A stretch of 62,895 nucleotides of DNA, filler included, from Octopus bimaculoides (GCF_001194135.2; 4 parts of 4 records of this genome joined end to end with filler, not necessarily neighbours in it), one strand, 5' to 3'. Shown: positions 24,429-38,196, counted from the whole stretch's first letter. Made by a program: numbers and translations. Notes: generated by a model from the letters alone, not told the origin.

Positions 24429-26110
24429 CTGTAATACTTTGACACACGACCTCAACTGCATCTAATTTATTGTTCATCTTTCAGACCCTACATCCTTCAT
24501 CTCGCATCCTGAGCTTCCCTTGATTGCTGATCCTGCTTCCGACCAAATCAATTCATCAACTCTAGTTTTAGGCTGACCTTTTCATCCTTCACTGACCAGC
24601 CAAAACGACAAATCATTTTATTCAATAATATTTGCCGAAAACAAACTTTACCAGTCTTGTCCAGTTTATATTGACTGACTTTTCCCTGACACAGAAGACT
24701 ACCGCTTGTTCGTTTGCATTCCGCATTTAACCCTATTTCAATATTATATTCAAGAAAACGTATTTTAATGAAGCGATATTTTATTGTCGAATTCGTTTTT
24801 TTTTAATACTGAATATGTAGTTAAAATGTTTGTAGTTCAACGAACCGGATGCTAAAATATTGGTTGTTCGGAGTATCCCTGTGTGTGTATCCGTGAGCGT
24901 ACGGGTATGCGAGCGTGCGTGCACGTGAGAATATATATACATATATATATAAATGTATTTTATTCTTTTATTCTTTTACTTGTCTCAGTCATTTGACTGC
25001 GGCCATGCTATNNNNNNNNNNNNNNNNNNNNNNNNNNNNNNNNNNNNNNNNNNNNNNNNNNNNNNNNNNNNNNNNNNNNNNNNNNNNNNNNNNNNNNNNN
25101 NNNNNNNNNNNNNNNNNNNNNNNNNNNNNNNNNNNNNNNNNNNNNNNNNNNNNNNNNNNNNNNNNNNNNNNNNNNNNNNNNNNNNNNNNNNNNNNNNNNN
25201 NNNNNNNNNNNNNNNNNNNNNNNNNNNNNNNNNNNNNNNNNNNNNNNNNNNNNNNNNNNNNNNNNNNTATATATATCTTTCATTATATTATGAATATATG
25301 TATATGCTGTGTATATATTACAACTTCGAAGTCTCTGTTAATACTATTTTTGTAAAAGAATCATATATGTATATTAGTGTGAGTTTAGAGGGTTATATTA
25401 TCCGGGTGGATACCGTGGTAGCTCTCAGTTATGTTCCAGGTTATGGCTAACCACATCGATTAGTATTTAACATCTAAGACTACAAGGAGTTGTCACTCAC
25501 GCAGTAAATTCCCTCGATGGATAATTCCGTGTTCGCTTCACTGGATCATATTATTATCTGTAGTGTATATTTGCAATAATTTTAACGACAAAGAACACAG
25601 ACACACATTATTATCATTTATATTATTTATAGTTGCTCACTGGTGACCCAGGACGTCCATCACTGTACATTGCTGAAGCAAACTGCCAGCAATGCCTATG
25701 CAAAATTTTAGGTCCAATAAGGCTTGCACACCACCTCAAAAACTTATTCCACCCTACTGATATGATTCAGAGACAAGCTAGTGCAAAATATTCAACGCCA
25801 ACGTGGGTTCAGGCTCAGGAATGTAGGAGTGTCATGAGAGACGAAAACTGAAAGAAGCTCGTCATGTATGTATGTATGTATGTATGTATGTATGCATGGC
25901 AATGTTCAGTTTTATTTCAAGATTTCTTGTCAATGGAGAAAGAGCCGGTTTCTAACCTAGATCCAAGGCTCCTTCATTGGAATTTCAACATCAACAGGGC
26001 TTTTTTGTATGTATGTATGTATGTATGTATGTATGTATGTATGTCTCTTCTATGCATGCATGTATGNNNNNNNNNNNNNNNNNNNNNNNNNNNNNNNNNN
26101 NNNNNNNNNN

Positions 26111-26122
26111 TTAATTAATTAA
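26111..26122. other. Assembly spacer TTAATTAATTAA
   Basis: Same as 15289. Confidence 0.9.
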
Positions 26123-26879
26123 NNNNNNNNNNNNNNNNNNNNNNNNNNNNNNNNNNNNNNNNNNNNTATATATATATATATATATATGTACGTACGTATA
26201 TATGCATGTATGTATTAAAAGAATTTATTCAATTTAATATTGTACACATGTTTCGGTAATGAAATTATACGTTTCACATAGCAAATATACTTAATACCTT
26301 CCTCAACTGGAATTTAAATAAATGTCAAAAGGTGTTTGATATTAGCCGTTGAATCACACATGAAATATAAGGTGAGTCAGAAAAAATAAGTTTTAATGAA
26401 TGGGAGCGAAAATACTCAAAACCACAGGATTATGTAATAAACACTGTTTGAAAATACACTGAAAAAGATACACAGTTTGAAAAAAAAAAACCGCTTACAA
26501 TTTGGGAAAATTTTTCGAATTTGAGACTTTCCAGTATTTTAGATCTGCTTCAATAATGCACGCATACAAACACATATAAAAACACAAATATAATTCATTG
26601 CGCTTATTTCAAAAAATCTCACCGAATTCAAACCAACTTTCTTGTCTTTCTTTCGAGGACAATAGAATTTCAATTGTAGGGTGTTGATCTTCCGTGTCTT
26701 TGGATTTAACCTGTAATTCAAATATCCAGCCTTGTTATCAAGCTGATTCAAGTTGAAAAATAGAAATTAAGAGAACACGTATCAGTGGAGAACTTATCTG
26801 CTCATGTTCGATCCTTCTGATCGAACAAGTGAATATTCACTTCGGAGATTGAAACACTTAACAAATTATGGGTCATTAT

Positions 26880-27960
26880 ATTGGTTTGAATGATAAATTC
26901 GGTCTTATTTTTTCCGTTTATTATAAACCTTACTCGTCAGCAAGACTTTTTACAAATCAGTCAATAAATATTCTTCTTTATCGTTCTCATTTTATTCCCA
27001 ACGTTTCAAGAGATTGTCATTGTCTTGTCGTTAGTAGTCACTGGCTTTTAACTCGAAGAATTAATCAAGCAACGTTTTCAGCTTTCACGTTGCTGTCGAT
27101 TTAAACGCTTCGCAAACTGATGGACGGCAACAGAAAAAGATAATAACGTGAAGGCGCTGTAATAGGAGAAAATGGTAGGCGCTATCATAACCGAGCTCTT
27201 GAATAACATTTTTAGTCAAATTAGCGACGTGGGAGTGAGCATTTTCGTGCTCAAAAAGCACGCCGTGTCACTGGTCGAGTCGTTTCGACCGGATTGTCAC
27301 ATTGAATCGATGCATTTGCTGAACGTAAAGCTGTGCATTGACCGTGTGGTTATTTTCAAGTTTTTCATAGTGGATTAGCCCTCCCAATGCTATCAAACGC
27401 AAACTATTGTCGTCCGTGGATGCAGCTTTGATTCGGCTCGAGGTATTGGTTGCTAGTCTGAACTCAATCATTCTTTCCTCTATTTGATATTGACGTAGAG
27501 ACACTAATCTTCATTGTTGGCGACTATGCGGTAAAGAAATCTGTCTCCAGGCGTAACTTGGTGTCAAACGAACAAACTGGCGGTGATAAAGGAGTTCTGG
27601 CATTTGTCTCTTTGTGCCACGCATGGAGATTGTGGACATTACCTGTTGAGTAGATGCGACGAGCGATGGTATCGTGAAAACATACCATCTGTTGGGGTAA
27701 TTGTCTTGGAGATTGACTCGGGCATTCGTGGTTGATCTGTTTCAATCGATACTCATTGAAACAACGAGATCGGCCGGAATGCCGAGAGTCTGTGATTTTG
27801 AATTTTTCCTCCTTAAGGTGTTAAAACCATTTCAGTGCCATTCTGTAGTAGCACCTTTTGCGTACACAGCATAGACGTCTCGAACGACTTTGACAGCTTT
27901 GGAAACTTGATTGAACGGGAAGAGAAGTACGCCTCCAAAATTCTCCGTCCTTTTCTATTT
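26880..27960 (-). mobile_element. Near full-length degenerate mariner transposase
   Basis: LLFPFNQ..KAVKVVRDVYAVY, RHSGRS, FLYRIVANNED, EGLIHYEKLENNHTVNAQLY and VLFEHENAH motifs with many stops. Confidence 0.85.
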
Positions 27961-29340
27961 GGCTCTCCATCGTCATATGGCATATGTAAAACTTTATTCA
28001 AATTTCGAAAATGATAACCAAGTTGTAGAGGAAGAATAGAAAAAAAAGACATAGAAAAACAGAACAACAGAAAAAAACATAATAGAGAACTATAAAATAT
28101 TTATCTTGTTAATTCAAATAACATTGGAAAGAAACGAACAAATTTATCTAACAAATTAATAATTGACTAAGTAGTATAATCATCCACCATTTTACTACTT
28201 TTACTACTGGAAGAAAAATATATTAAATTCAAGCTAGACATATCTTCTGTAAGGTTATTTGAAGCTACTAAAATTTTTCTCTTCTGCTTCGTGCTTGTTG
28301 GAATATAAGTTTTCCTTTTATGAGTTCAGGTGTACCCGTTATTTCAAGCTCCGTTTCGCAGCATAGCACCTTAGATACGTGGTTTGTATTAATAGCCTCG
28401 GTACTAACCATACACTGTGAGAGAAATTTCATATCAGAATATGTGTGGAAGGGTATGAAAGGACCGTTCCACTGCTTCGCTCGTATACTTAATACATGAT
28501 CGCCATTTAACATCATCACCGGACACTTGGGTGCCTTTGAGCATAATTCCCATTGTTAAAAGAAGGAGGGTTAATTTTTTCGTTTGTACATAACTTTCGT
28601 TCTCCCGCCTGTCACCGAAACTTTGTAAAAGACAAATGCCTAAAGCCATTCCTTCACTGGTGATTAATCCGTTAATGATAAATTAAAGAGTTTTCTATAT
28701 GAATGGGTAACATAACCAGTGGTGCATGTTTTTATCTAAAGAGAAAACATTTACAACAATGTTTTCATCTAACAATAAATATCTACAGAACTACGTTCAA
28801 CAAAACTGTTTATTTTCCTATATTTAATATGGCAAACAAATATTGTATTAGATCGATATTAAATAAATATCAATATATTCAATTTTTCCCATCATAGAAT
28901 TCCTATCTTTATATCTAAATAACAAATTCTCACTTCCTCATCAGTGATCCACTTCATTTCTATGAGAGGAACGCCGCCGCGTTTTTTAGCTTGCATTTTG
29001 CTTTCTTATTTATCAAAAGTCGATTAACTGTGTCTATTCAATTTCTGTTTGGAATCAAATATTTACGTGTGATTTAATATTTCATGGAACTCGGATATTG
29101 ATAAATTTGGAGAAAAAGAAATAACCCACCGGTAAATTGCATGATAAAAATACTTTGTATAATATGTTTTCATTAACTTAATTTAGTCGTTTTGATTTGT
29201 GCGTTCAAATCGCGTCAGAATCAACATGACTTTTCATTTAGCTTTGCTGAAGTGAAAGTAATATTATTTAATAGTATCTATATAGATTTTGTGTTGAATT
29301 CTCTTCAGCACTGTTTGTTTTTTTAACCTTCTCTTGTCAA

Positions 29341-29384
<44 letters not shown>

Positions 29385-30024
29385 GTGTTAAACTAATGCC
29401 AATACAATTAGTTTCATCTTCGCTAACAAATGTGTGATTTTTCTGTCGCTCTAAGAAACCGTTAATTACTTTAATAAATATCGAACGTTCTTAAAGATAA
29501 CTGAATGAAACACGAGAAGACGGCTATTATACCTTCGCTAACAAATATGGCCTTATATCAGTCATAGAAATCGTTAGACCGTTAATTAGCTTCAGTAATA
29601 TCGAGAGCAGTAGATGAAATCAACACAGACACAGGCCAAGGTTCAGTTCTTATTATAATCTATTTATTTTTCACATATTTTCCTGAAACTCCTGAAAAGG
29701 ACCTCGATGTTCTAGGATATACTCCTTTAGCTTCAAATATATAAAATATTTGTGCAAAGGGAAAATGTAGCCAATAATATGTGTGTGAGCGAATGAGGAC
29801 GGCTTTAAACGATTATTCGCCCTGTTTGAAATAGCAACCAAATCTTGCTAAACTTTCCTAGTTATACGCTTTTCCATGCACACAATATGGGTCGATTCGA
29901 AACTATAGGATATTTGCCCAAGGTGCTGCTCTACATTATTAACCACAGAACCACGTGGTTACGAAGCTAACTTCTGAAGTATTCCAGCGTATTGCGGCTA
30001 TACACAACACAAACACATCGGTGC

Positions 30025-30098
<74 letters not shown>

Positions 30099-30634
30099 AT
30101 ATATACATATAACATATATGTGCATATACGTGCTTATGTAAGAGAGAAAGAGAGTTGGGAGTGAAAGAGAAAAAAGACATTTCGGTATATAGAAATTATT
30201 AGAGAATCTCTTGTCATTATTCGTGGATATTCTCTAAATTTTCATAACAGATTTCATAAATCACGCTCTCATATAACTTTGATCACAACCCTGACAATAA
30301 CACACCTCTATTTTCCACCAACTCATTTTATATTTCCCTTATTTCGTATTTGACAATCAATTTCTCTTTGAACGCTTCACAGAATATAGAAAATAACATT
30401 TATTGAAATAGGGAATTAAATACGCTTAGCTAAACAGTTTGCTTTGAAAGCTGTTGCTAGATAGTATAGACGGTCTCAACGTGGGAAACGCTACAAAATG
30501 AAGTTTCTTATCTGTTAGAGGGTTTTGACAGTTTTTTGAAAGTTGTCCACATATTGTGTCTAGAGTTTATTTCACGTCACACGTAGATTACATAATAATG
30601 CTTATATATATATATGTATGTATATATTCTTCTT

Positions 30635-30945
30635 TTATACTTTTACTTCGTGTTTCAGCCATTATATTTTAGTCGAATGAATCTACCCAGTACTTATTTT
30701 AAAACCTGGTTCTTATTCCATTGGGCGGTTTTGCCGAACCGCTAAGTTACGGGGACGTTTTCATACAATTATCGGTTGTTAAGCTGTGGTGGGAGGCAAA
30801 CAAAGACATAACATAAAGAACCACATACACATATATACAGCGAATTCTTTCAGGCTTGTCTTCCAAATCCACTTAAGCATTTGGTCGACGTGAGACTATG
30901 GAAGAAAACACTTACCGAAGGTGTCATGCAGTGGGATATACACAT
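30635..30945 (-). mobile_element. SINE family A, degenerate full length
   Basis: TTTTGCCGAACCGCTAAGTTACGGGGACG tail plus a decayed head. Confidence 0.75.
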
Positions 30946-31011
30946 ACTTTCTTCTTCTTCTTCTCCTTCTTCTCCTTCTTCTTCTTCTTCTTCTTCTTCT
31001 TTGCATTACCA

Positions 31012-31056
<45 letters not shown>

Positions 31057-31614
31057 GTAAGAGAAAAACATGGGCATTCCCTTAGTGCTCCTTTATTCCA
31101 TCTGTTAATTATGTTTCATTATTCTGTAACGCATGCACTCTATAGATGTCATCTGTAGGTGCACCCTATAAGGCCAGCATGGTAAGCAAACACATCGGCA
31201 GATAATTGAAAAAGAAATACCAGAAGCAACCAGAAACGAAATATAAACTATACGAATTACAAGTCTAACGAGTGAGGGGAACGGGAGGAGGTAAGTCGGG
31301 TTTCCGACGCACATAATCACCAAGTTTTCTGGTATTCGTAGGAATAAGGATTAGTCTCTGTGCAGAGAATGGGGAGGCAGTCTGCATTTACGTGACCTTG
31401 TGAGAGATGAGGTGTGTACGAGTAGACAACCGTCTGCTCATTTTCCTTTTTGCTTATTATTGCTGTTCTTTTTGAGTTTATGTCATAGTTAACCCTCGAA
31501 TGCTGAGGCCTCATGTGTACCCAAGACGGTGGGAAGTTTAATACGATCAGTGCTGAAACCTGAGTGGGCTCCGAATGACCTATTTCAATGCCATGTTCAT
31601 CAAAATAGCAGCAG

Positions 31615-31680
31615 CTCAGAAGTTGACCAAAGCCTTCTGAGTGTATTTGGTAGACGGAAAGCGAAGGAAGACCCCCCCCC
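31615..31680 (+). mobile_element. SINE family A fragment
   Basis: GACCAAAGCCTT...TTTGGTAGACGGAAAGCGAAGGAAG. Confidence 0.7.
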
Positions 31681-31954
31681 CTCCACACATACATGTGGAG
31701 GCGTGTGTGTATGTGTGCGCGTGTGTAGGTGTGTATGCTTATGTAGGTATGTCATGCAGAAGATAGTATGAATCGGAATTGAATTAAATATTTTAAACAT
31801 GAAAGTGCCTTGATGTGGGTGAACTAATAATGTAAAGTCATTCGTTCAATGCTATTGATGGGCAGATATAAGAAGTGAAGTCAAATGATGGATTACATTC
31901 ACAGTTTGTTGACTGCTATCAGAAGCGGAAATACGCAGATCAGAATATCCTCCA

Positions 31955-32623
31955 CGGTAATAGCTTGGATCCATTTTAAAACGGGGGCGCCAGTTTTCAT
32001 TTATGTTTTATGTAGTGTTTTTGATACGGAAAGACTTTCAAACTTCGTATACTTATCTATTTTGTGTTATAGAACAGAAAAATATTTTTGTATTCGAATT
32101 TATTTCATGTAAAAAATTGTCTTATTTCGATAATTTCTACTAATCACTGACGTCTATTCAGTTGAAAACAGCGCTGTAACGGTGTATATCGTATTAATCC
32201 CCTAACCCTAACTAGACTGTTAACCGTAACCGTAACCCTAAAACTAACCCTAACTCTAAAATCCGAACTCTAAAATTGTTACACACATAGATACGCACAG
32301 CGTAATTTATTATATAAACAATATATGCGTATAAATTACGATTAAACCAGATGAAATATGTCACAGGGAATAACATTTTTATGACCGCCCAGCAGTAACT
32401 CTAATGAGCTGAATAGACGTCAGTGATTGGTTGAAATTACAGAAATACGACAACTTTAACATATAATAACTTGCGAATTCCTTTTTTTTGTTAAGAAGAC
32501 TAAGAGTAAAAGATGTTTTATATGACACATTCTACCAGTGTCCCAAGTTTCAAAGTGTTTCGTTAGTGTTTCGTTAAGAAAATACTGGCACCCCCGTTTT
32601 AAAATAAATCCAATAGCTTTACT
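31955..32623. mobile_element. Long-inverted-repeat MITE with telomere-like core
   Basis: TTTTAAAACGGGGGCGCCAGT / ACTGGCACCCCCGTTTTAAAA termini; internal inverted repeat AATCACTGACGTCTATTCAG; CCCTAA-like units at 32199-32274. Confidence 0.85.
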
Positions 32624-34861
32624 AATGACTACTTTCTATAGTAATTGATCTATGCTGTTGATTGGGAACTATTATCTCCGAAGAACGGTCACCAAACTGT
32701 GAAATGTTTTGTTAGGTGACTCACTCATTTCTTTTTCTTCGCACATAAATCTGTAACGTTGAAAGAATGTGTTTGTAATCTTATTTGGCCTGCGTAAATT
32801 TTTACATTACAAACATACGTATAAACACACAGATACACAAAATCACACTCATACACATATACACTCACACGCAGATATATGGATATATGATATATGTATA
32901 TGTATGTACAAATATTGTATTTTTTTTTATTAGAAATCCAAAAAGAATGGAAGGTATAAGAAATAGCACAAGGTGATGGTTTCTATATTTACACTGTATT
33001 TCAATATTTCGGGGTTAGGACACCTTATTCGGGAAATTGATTCACCAAACCCCGAAATATTGAAATACAAGGGAAAAGTGCAAACAATCGACTAGTATTA
33101 TTTTTTGTAACTTGCATTTTCCGCATAAACATATTACAATCATTTATATGTATCAGACAAAGTTTCATGCAAAACATACTATACCAAACTGTACTACGTA
33201 TGTATGTATGTATTATGTATGTATGTATGGATGGATGTGTATAAATATACGCATGCACGCCCGCGTGTGCTATGTGGGGATCGGTATTTTAGAGAATAAA
33301 TCTAATGACTCATCTGCGTGTCTCATAGGGTGACTAAAAGATGCTGAAGTAGGAATTGCACTCCGATCTCGTAAAACCGTTACCAACAACGGCTACCCTA
33401 ATAGTCACATGAGTTGAAGTGTTGTCGCCTGAGAGGGGCAAAAGTGTTATCCGCCAGGATTTGTGATGCAGCAACAGTCTGTTACAGTGCATGCCCCCAA
33501 TATATATANNNNNNNNNNNNNNNNNNNNNNNNNNNNNNNNNNNNNNNNNNNNNNNNNNNNNNNNNNNNNNNNNNNNNNNNNNNNNNNNNNNNNNNNNNNN
33601 NNNNNNNNNNNNNNNNNNNNNNNNNNNNNNNNNNNNNNNNNNNNNNNNNNNNNNNNNNNNNNNNNNNNNNNNNNNNNNNNNNNNNNNNNNNNNNNNNNNN
33701 NNNNNNNNNNNNNNNNNNNNNNNNNNNNNNNNNNNNNNNNNNNNNNNNNNNNNNNNNNNNNNNNNNNNNNNNNNNNNNNNNNNNNNNNNNNNNNNNNNNN
33801 NNNNNNNNNNNNNNNNNNNNNNNNNNNNNNNNNNNNNNNNNNNNNNNNNNNNNNNNNNNNNNNNNNNNNNNNNNNNNNNNNNNNNNNNNNNNNNNNNNNN
33901 NNNNNNNNNNNNNNNNNNNNNNNNNNNNNNNNNNNNNNNNNNNNNNNNNNNNNNNNNNNNNNNNNNNNNNNNNNNNNNNNNNNNNNNNNNNNNNNNNNNN
34001 NNNNNNNNNNNNNNNNNNNNNNNNNNNNNNNNNNNNNNNNNNNNNNNNNNNNNNNNNNNNNNNNNNNNNNNNNNNNNNNNNNNNNNNNNNNNNNNNNNNN
34101 NNNNNNNNNNNNNNNNNNNNNNNNNNNNNNNNTTGGCCATTAATATTATAGTTTTACCCTTAAATAATACCACCTCACATTAATTTATATCTTATTTTAA
34201 CTGGATATGTTTATCTTGTTCTAATTATTATTGTTCCCTATAGTTTTGAACTTAGTAGTTCAGTGCTTCATTGTATTATTCTATTTATACTGTAGAATAG
34301 ATATATTTCTTTAATACCTTGACCTTAATTCCCTTACCTCAAATTTTTTCCAAATTCTTACCACTCCTTAGGGTATTGCCCTTCCATTTCCTTTTTTTCT
34401 TTTTTCTTTCTCTCATGCTTGATTTACCCGTAACCTGCTGTCCACCACTACTTAACCTGCCTTCCTCTAAATTAGAAATTACTACTATCCCTCCAATTAG
34501 ATTTTAAATTCTTGTTCGATTCACTTGTCTGTGAAACAGCAGCATAGTCGAGATGTATTTTCTTCTCTTACTCTTGTTTTTTGCAAACATCTTCAAAATG
34601 ACTTTCTAAAATGAAATTTCTTTATGCGGCTGAGGAGTACATTTTCATTGTATTTTCTGTAGTGTTATCACTACATGAATAAATGGAGCTTGTACGAAAC
34701 GTACGTACTGCTATAACCTATTGAATTTTTGTTGCTTAACTTCAAATTATATATATATGTATGTATATATATGCATATATATATGCTATGTACCTTATAT
34801 ATATATGTGCGTGTGTGTATATATATGTATATCTATCTGCATGTATATAATACTTATATAC

Positions 34862-34936
<75 letters not shown>

Positions 34937-35567
34937 TGCGCGTTAGATTTTTCAGATTATCATAGCTTTCTAAAATTCGTTTGGAACAATACAGTATCTA
35001 AATCTATAGTAGACTTTTCTTGATCGTCACAGACTCATTTTCGAGAATTGATTTCAATATACAATCTGCGCTTGTGGTACTGATATTGTGGCCAATAAGC
35101 TTGTTTGCCGTTATTATCATGCGTTATCTGGAAAGTATAAAATTTTATCACTTTGTCGTCACTTTCTTTTTCTTTTTAACTATAGAATTTCGGCTTCTAT
35201 ATTTCCGATCTCTTCAGCTGCTGTGCGTGTTTGCCGTTCGATCAATTTCCCCCGGAATTCCGTAGTTCTTTTTTTTTGTTTTAAGCTGATATATCGGGTA
35301 ATGTTATATGCATGGATACAGGGAAACGTTTTTAGCATAGTTCAGTAATAACGACTATGTTCAAGTTCTCTTATTTGCTTTTGATTGTTCATATATTCCC
35401 ATTAGCTTTTTGTGGTCGATTTGGAACAATGGAATTCCCAAATTAATATACATTTCCATATCTTCATTCTATATCTTCTATATCTTCTATATCTTCACAG
35501 TCTCAATAATTTAATTGTGTATATTTGCCGTTTGTGTAATGTATATAAATGTTTACATGTACAAAAA

Positions 35568-35794
35568 CAATATTGAACATGCATACACAAAGAATGTATT
35601 TTGCCAATTCGTGAGGAGGCTGCGATTACAGACGTAAGAGAATATATTCTCATTAATTGGCCAGGTGTTAAAACAACTGGAAGTCATTTTAACACTAGGC
35701 GAATTGAGGAGAATGTATTCTGTTGTGTCTATAAACGCAGGCCGCCCACGAACTGGCAAAACACATACTTTGTGTATGTGTGTGTTCGATATTG
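35568..35794. repeat. ~227-nt imperfect hairpin/palindrome
   Basis: Arms ~80% complementary over ~110 nt around a very short central loop (near 35678). Confidence 0.9.
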
Positions 35795-35986
35795 CTTATA
35801 TCCCACAGTTCCACAGGCTGTTTTTCATGTATATATAGTGGTGAGAATGAGTGGTGAACACCCAACTGGCAAATAGATATTCTGTATTTGTGGGTTAACA
35901 AGACTACTATTGGTTTTATTTCGAGAGAAATCTCAGCAATTATCAGGCCTGCCACATAGGACGTTGGTGCTCGTTTACATCCTGGA

Positions 35987-36658
35987 CAGTGGCGGCTCGT
36001 AGATAAAATTAGTAGGGGTGCTGCTTCAGAAATTTTTTAGCTGTTGTTTTAATATTGTGTAATTGGAAACAAACATATAAAAAGAAAATTTATACATTAA
36101 CTTGATTAGTTCGCGTTTTACCGGATAGGGTGGTTAATTTGTTCGCTGAATATCGCCGCGATTTCCTTCTTGTTTTCCAAAAATCTTCCCTAAATCGTAA
36201 AATAAGGGAGAGGGGAGATCTGCCCTAGTTTTCAAATCCTGGCAGCAAAATTGAAGCTGAAAGCAGGATAATAATCTAATTATACACTTTATCACATTCA
36301 AGAATATAAACACGTTTTTAAGCACAACACACGCGGAGTCAAAAAGAAACACCAGCCCTGCGTGAACGATAGTGCTCTTTCTCCCTAGTGTGAAGCTTCC
36401 CATCTCGGACATGTGAGCATGCGCACCACAGCCAAACACCACGTCACTGGAATTGTGAAGGGCACAATTCTTTAAAGGGTTTTTGTATATTTTCATAAAC
36501 CAGGGGATGGCCACTAACATTAAGCTTAAAGATTATATAATTGTACAAGTATAAAGAATTAAAGAAAAAGGTACTCATTATATTGACTGATATCGATAAT
36601 ATCGAATGAAAATAGGGGGTGCTGCTGTTCCGCAGTACCTATACACGAACCGCCACAG
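35987..36658. mobile_element. Non-autonomous hAT-like element
   Basis: TIRs CAGTGGCGGCTCGT / ACGAACCGCCACAG (12/14); 8-bp flanks ATCCTGGA / ATTTTGGA (6/8) consistent with a decayed TSD. Confidence 0.7.
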
Positions 36659-36689
36659 ATTTTGGATATATACATGCATTTATGTGCTT

Positions 36690-37225
36690 GTTCTGTTGTG
36701 AACAATAGCCGTATTACAATTTACAAGGGGTTGATTCCTGTGAGTTCCCTTATGACTGACTAGGCTTGCATGACTCAAGCATTTCCTCCCACAAATCACA
36801 TACATCAAAAACAACACGCCCTCATTTTCCACAGGTTCATCCTTTCTAAACATTCTTTTGATCTTCTCGTGCTTCGTTCTCTCCTTCAAACTTCGAATAA
36901 CCTCTGTGCACACTTTTTCTCCATCAATTTCTATCTTGTGCCTTTCTCTCCCAATCAATAACTGAAACTCTTGTCTGTGTCATAGCTATTTTGAGGCAGT
37001 GCTTGAACCCCATTTTGGATTTATATGCTGGCCTTCTACCATCTTACAATTCACCATACAAAAGTTACTTAGGAAGTCGTTCATCATTCATTCTCACCAG
37101 ATGTTCACCCCACCTCAGAATCAGCGATTCTACACTCCCACTACCACTTCTCTCAAGTACCCCCACATCACTGATTACCATTTTCTAATTTACCCCAAGA
37201 AATTTCTTAGACAATATTGATGATA
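36690..37225 (-). mobile_element. RTE-BovB-like LINE 3' end
   Basis: LRWGEHLVRMNDERLPK*LLYGEL*DGRRP and C-terminal zinc-finger-like ICGRKCLSHASLVSHKGTH. Confidence 0.85.
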
Positions 37226-37262
37226 TCGTTTCAAATGCCTTAAATGCCCGGAAGTAAATCTC

Positions 37263-37880
37263 AGACATTTCAATTTAGAATAGATTTAATAAAATGATTT
37301 AAGAATTATGTAAAGGAAATATAGAATATTACCGGTTTCGATAATAAGTCTCATCAAATATTAGTAAAAGTTTATAAAAACCACATACACACAAAAGTAA
37401 ACATCGCATAAAACACACGCATCTGCACACTCACAAACACACATACACAGAGACACACTCACGCACACACGTAGACATAAAAGAAAACCGCAAAAACGTT
37501 CACACACTTACAAACAGCTGGAGACACCTAAAAGAAAACAACACACACACAGAGGTGGACATGAGACCTATTCAATAAATGCTTTTAAGCCACTCCCTTG
37601 GCAGGAACCTACAGACATTTTGTTTTACGCAATAGACAACTACACACACTTTCTAACACCTTGAACTCTATACTAAAATATATTTAAAGACGTCAACTAA
37701 AAAAACACCAGACATCTATTTGACTCCCCAAACAGAATATAAACGGTTTTCCCTTCAAACTTTTATAAATTTTTACTAATATTTCATAAGATAAGATTCA
37801 TCATCGAAACCGGTAATATTCTGTATTCTTTATATAGCATTTAAATCCTTTTATTAAATTCTTTATGAATTGAAATGTCT
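37263..37880. mobile_element. Element with ~120-bp inverted arms carrying hammerhead-like motifs (Penelope pLTR-like)
   Basis: Arms 37263-37379 and 37761-37880 are inverted copies, each with GAAACCGGTA. Confidence 0.75.
37325..37362 (-). ncRNA. Minimal type I hammerhead-like motif (C3U variant)
   Basis: AAUAU-UUGAUGA-GACUUAUUAUC-GAAA-CCGGUA/AUAUU: 5-bp stem I, weak stem II, palindromic ACCGGU stem III. Confidence 0.55.
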
Positions 37881-37985
37881 TAGATGCACTTCTTTGTTAT
37901 TTCTACATCCATATTTTATGTATAAAAATTTGATTTGTATAGATCTCTAATCTTTTTTCAACTATATATATACGTACACGCACAT

Positions 37986-38049
<64 letters not shown>

Positions 38050-38136
38050 CGTCAATGTATCATATATTCGAAAAAGAAGACTCTGAAGCACAGACTAGCA
38101 ATGTATCAAAAGTAATTAAATTTATATCCTATTATA

Positions 38137-38188
38137 GAGTGACCAATAGTTTCGCATCCACGAACCTTGTGGACGTCTCGTCAAACTC
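38137..38188 (-). ncRNA. Type I hammerhead motif (C3U variant)
   Basis: GAGU-UUGACGA-stem II (8 bp, loop AAGGUUC)-GAAA-CUAUUGG-UC/ACUC. Confidence 0.65.
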
Positions 38189-38196
38189 GGCTTTAG

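Noticed and set aside
28268-28649. ORFs with a hAT-like AVERSF string
   Set aside because: Single weak motif, no other transposase features
35610-35740. TTGAGGA/TTAATGA-GAAT..ATTC hammerhead look-alike in the hairpin arms
   Set aside because: No GAAA after the stem
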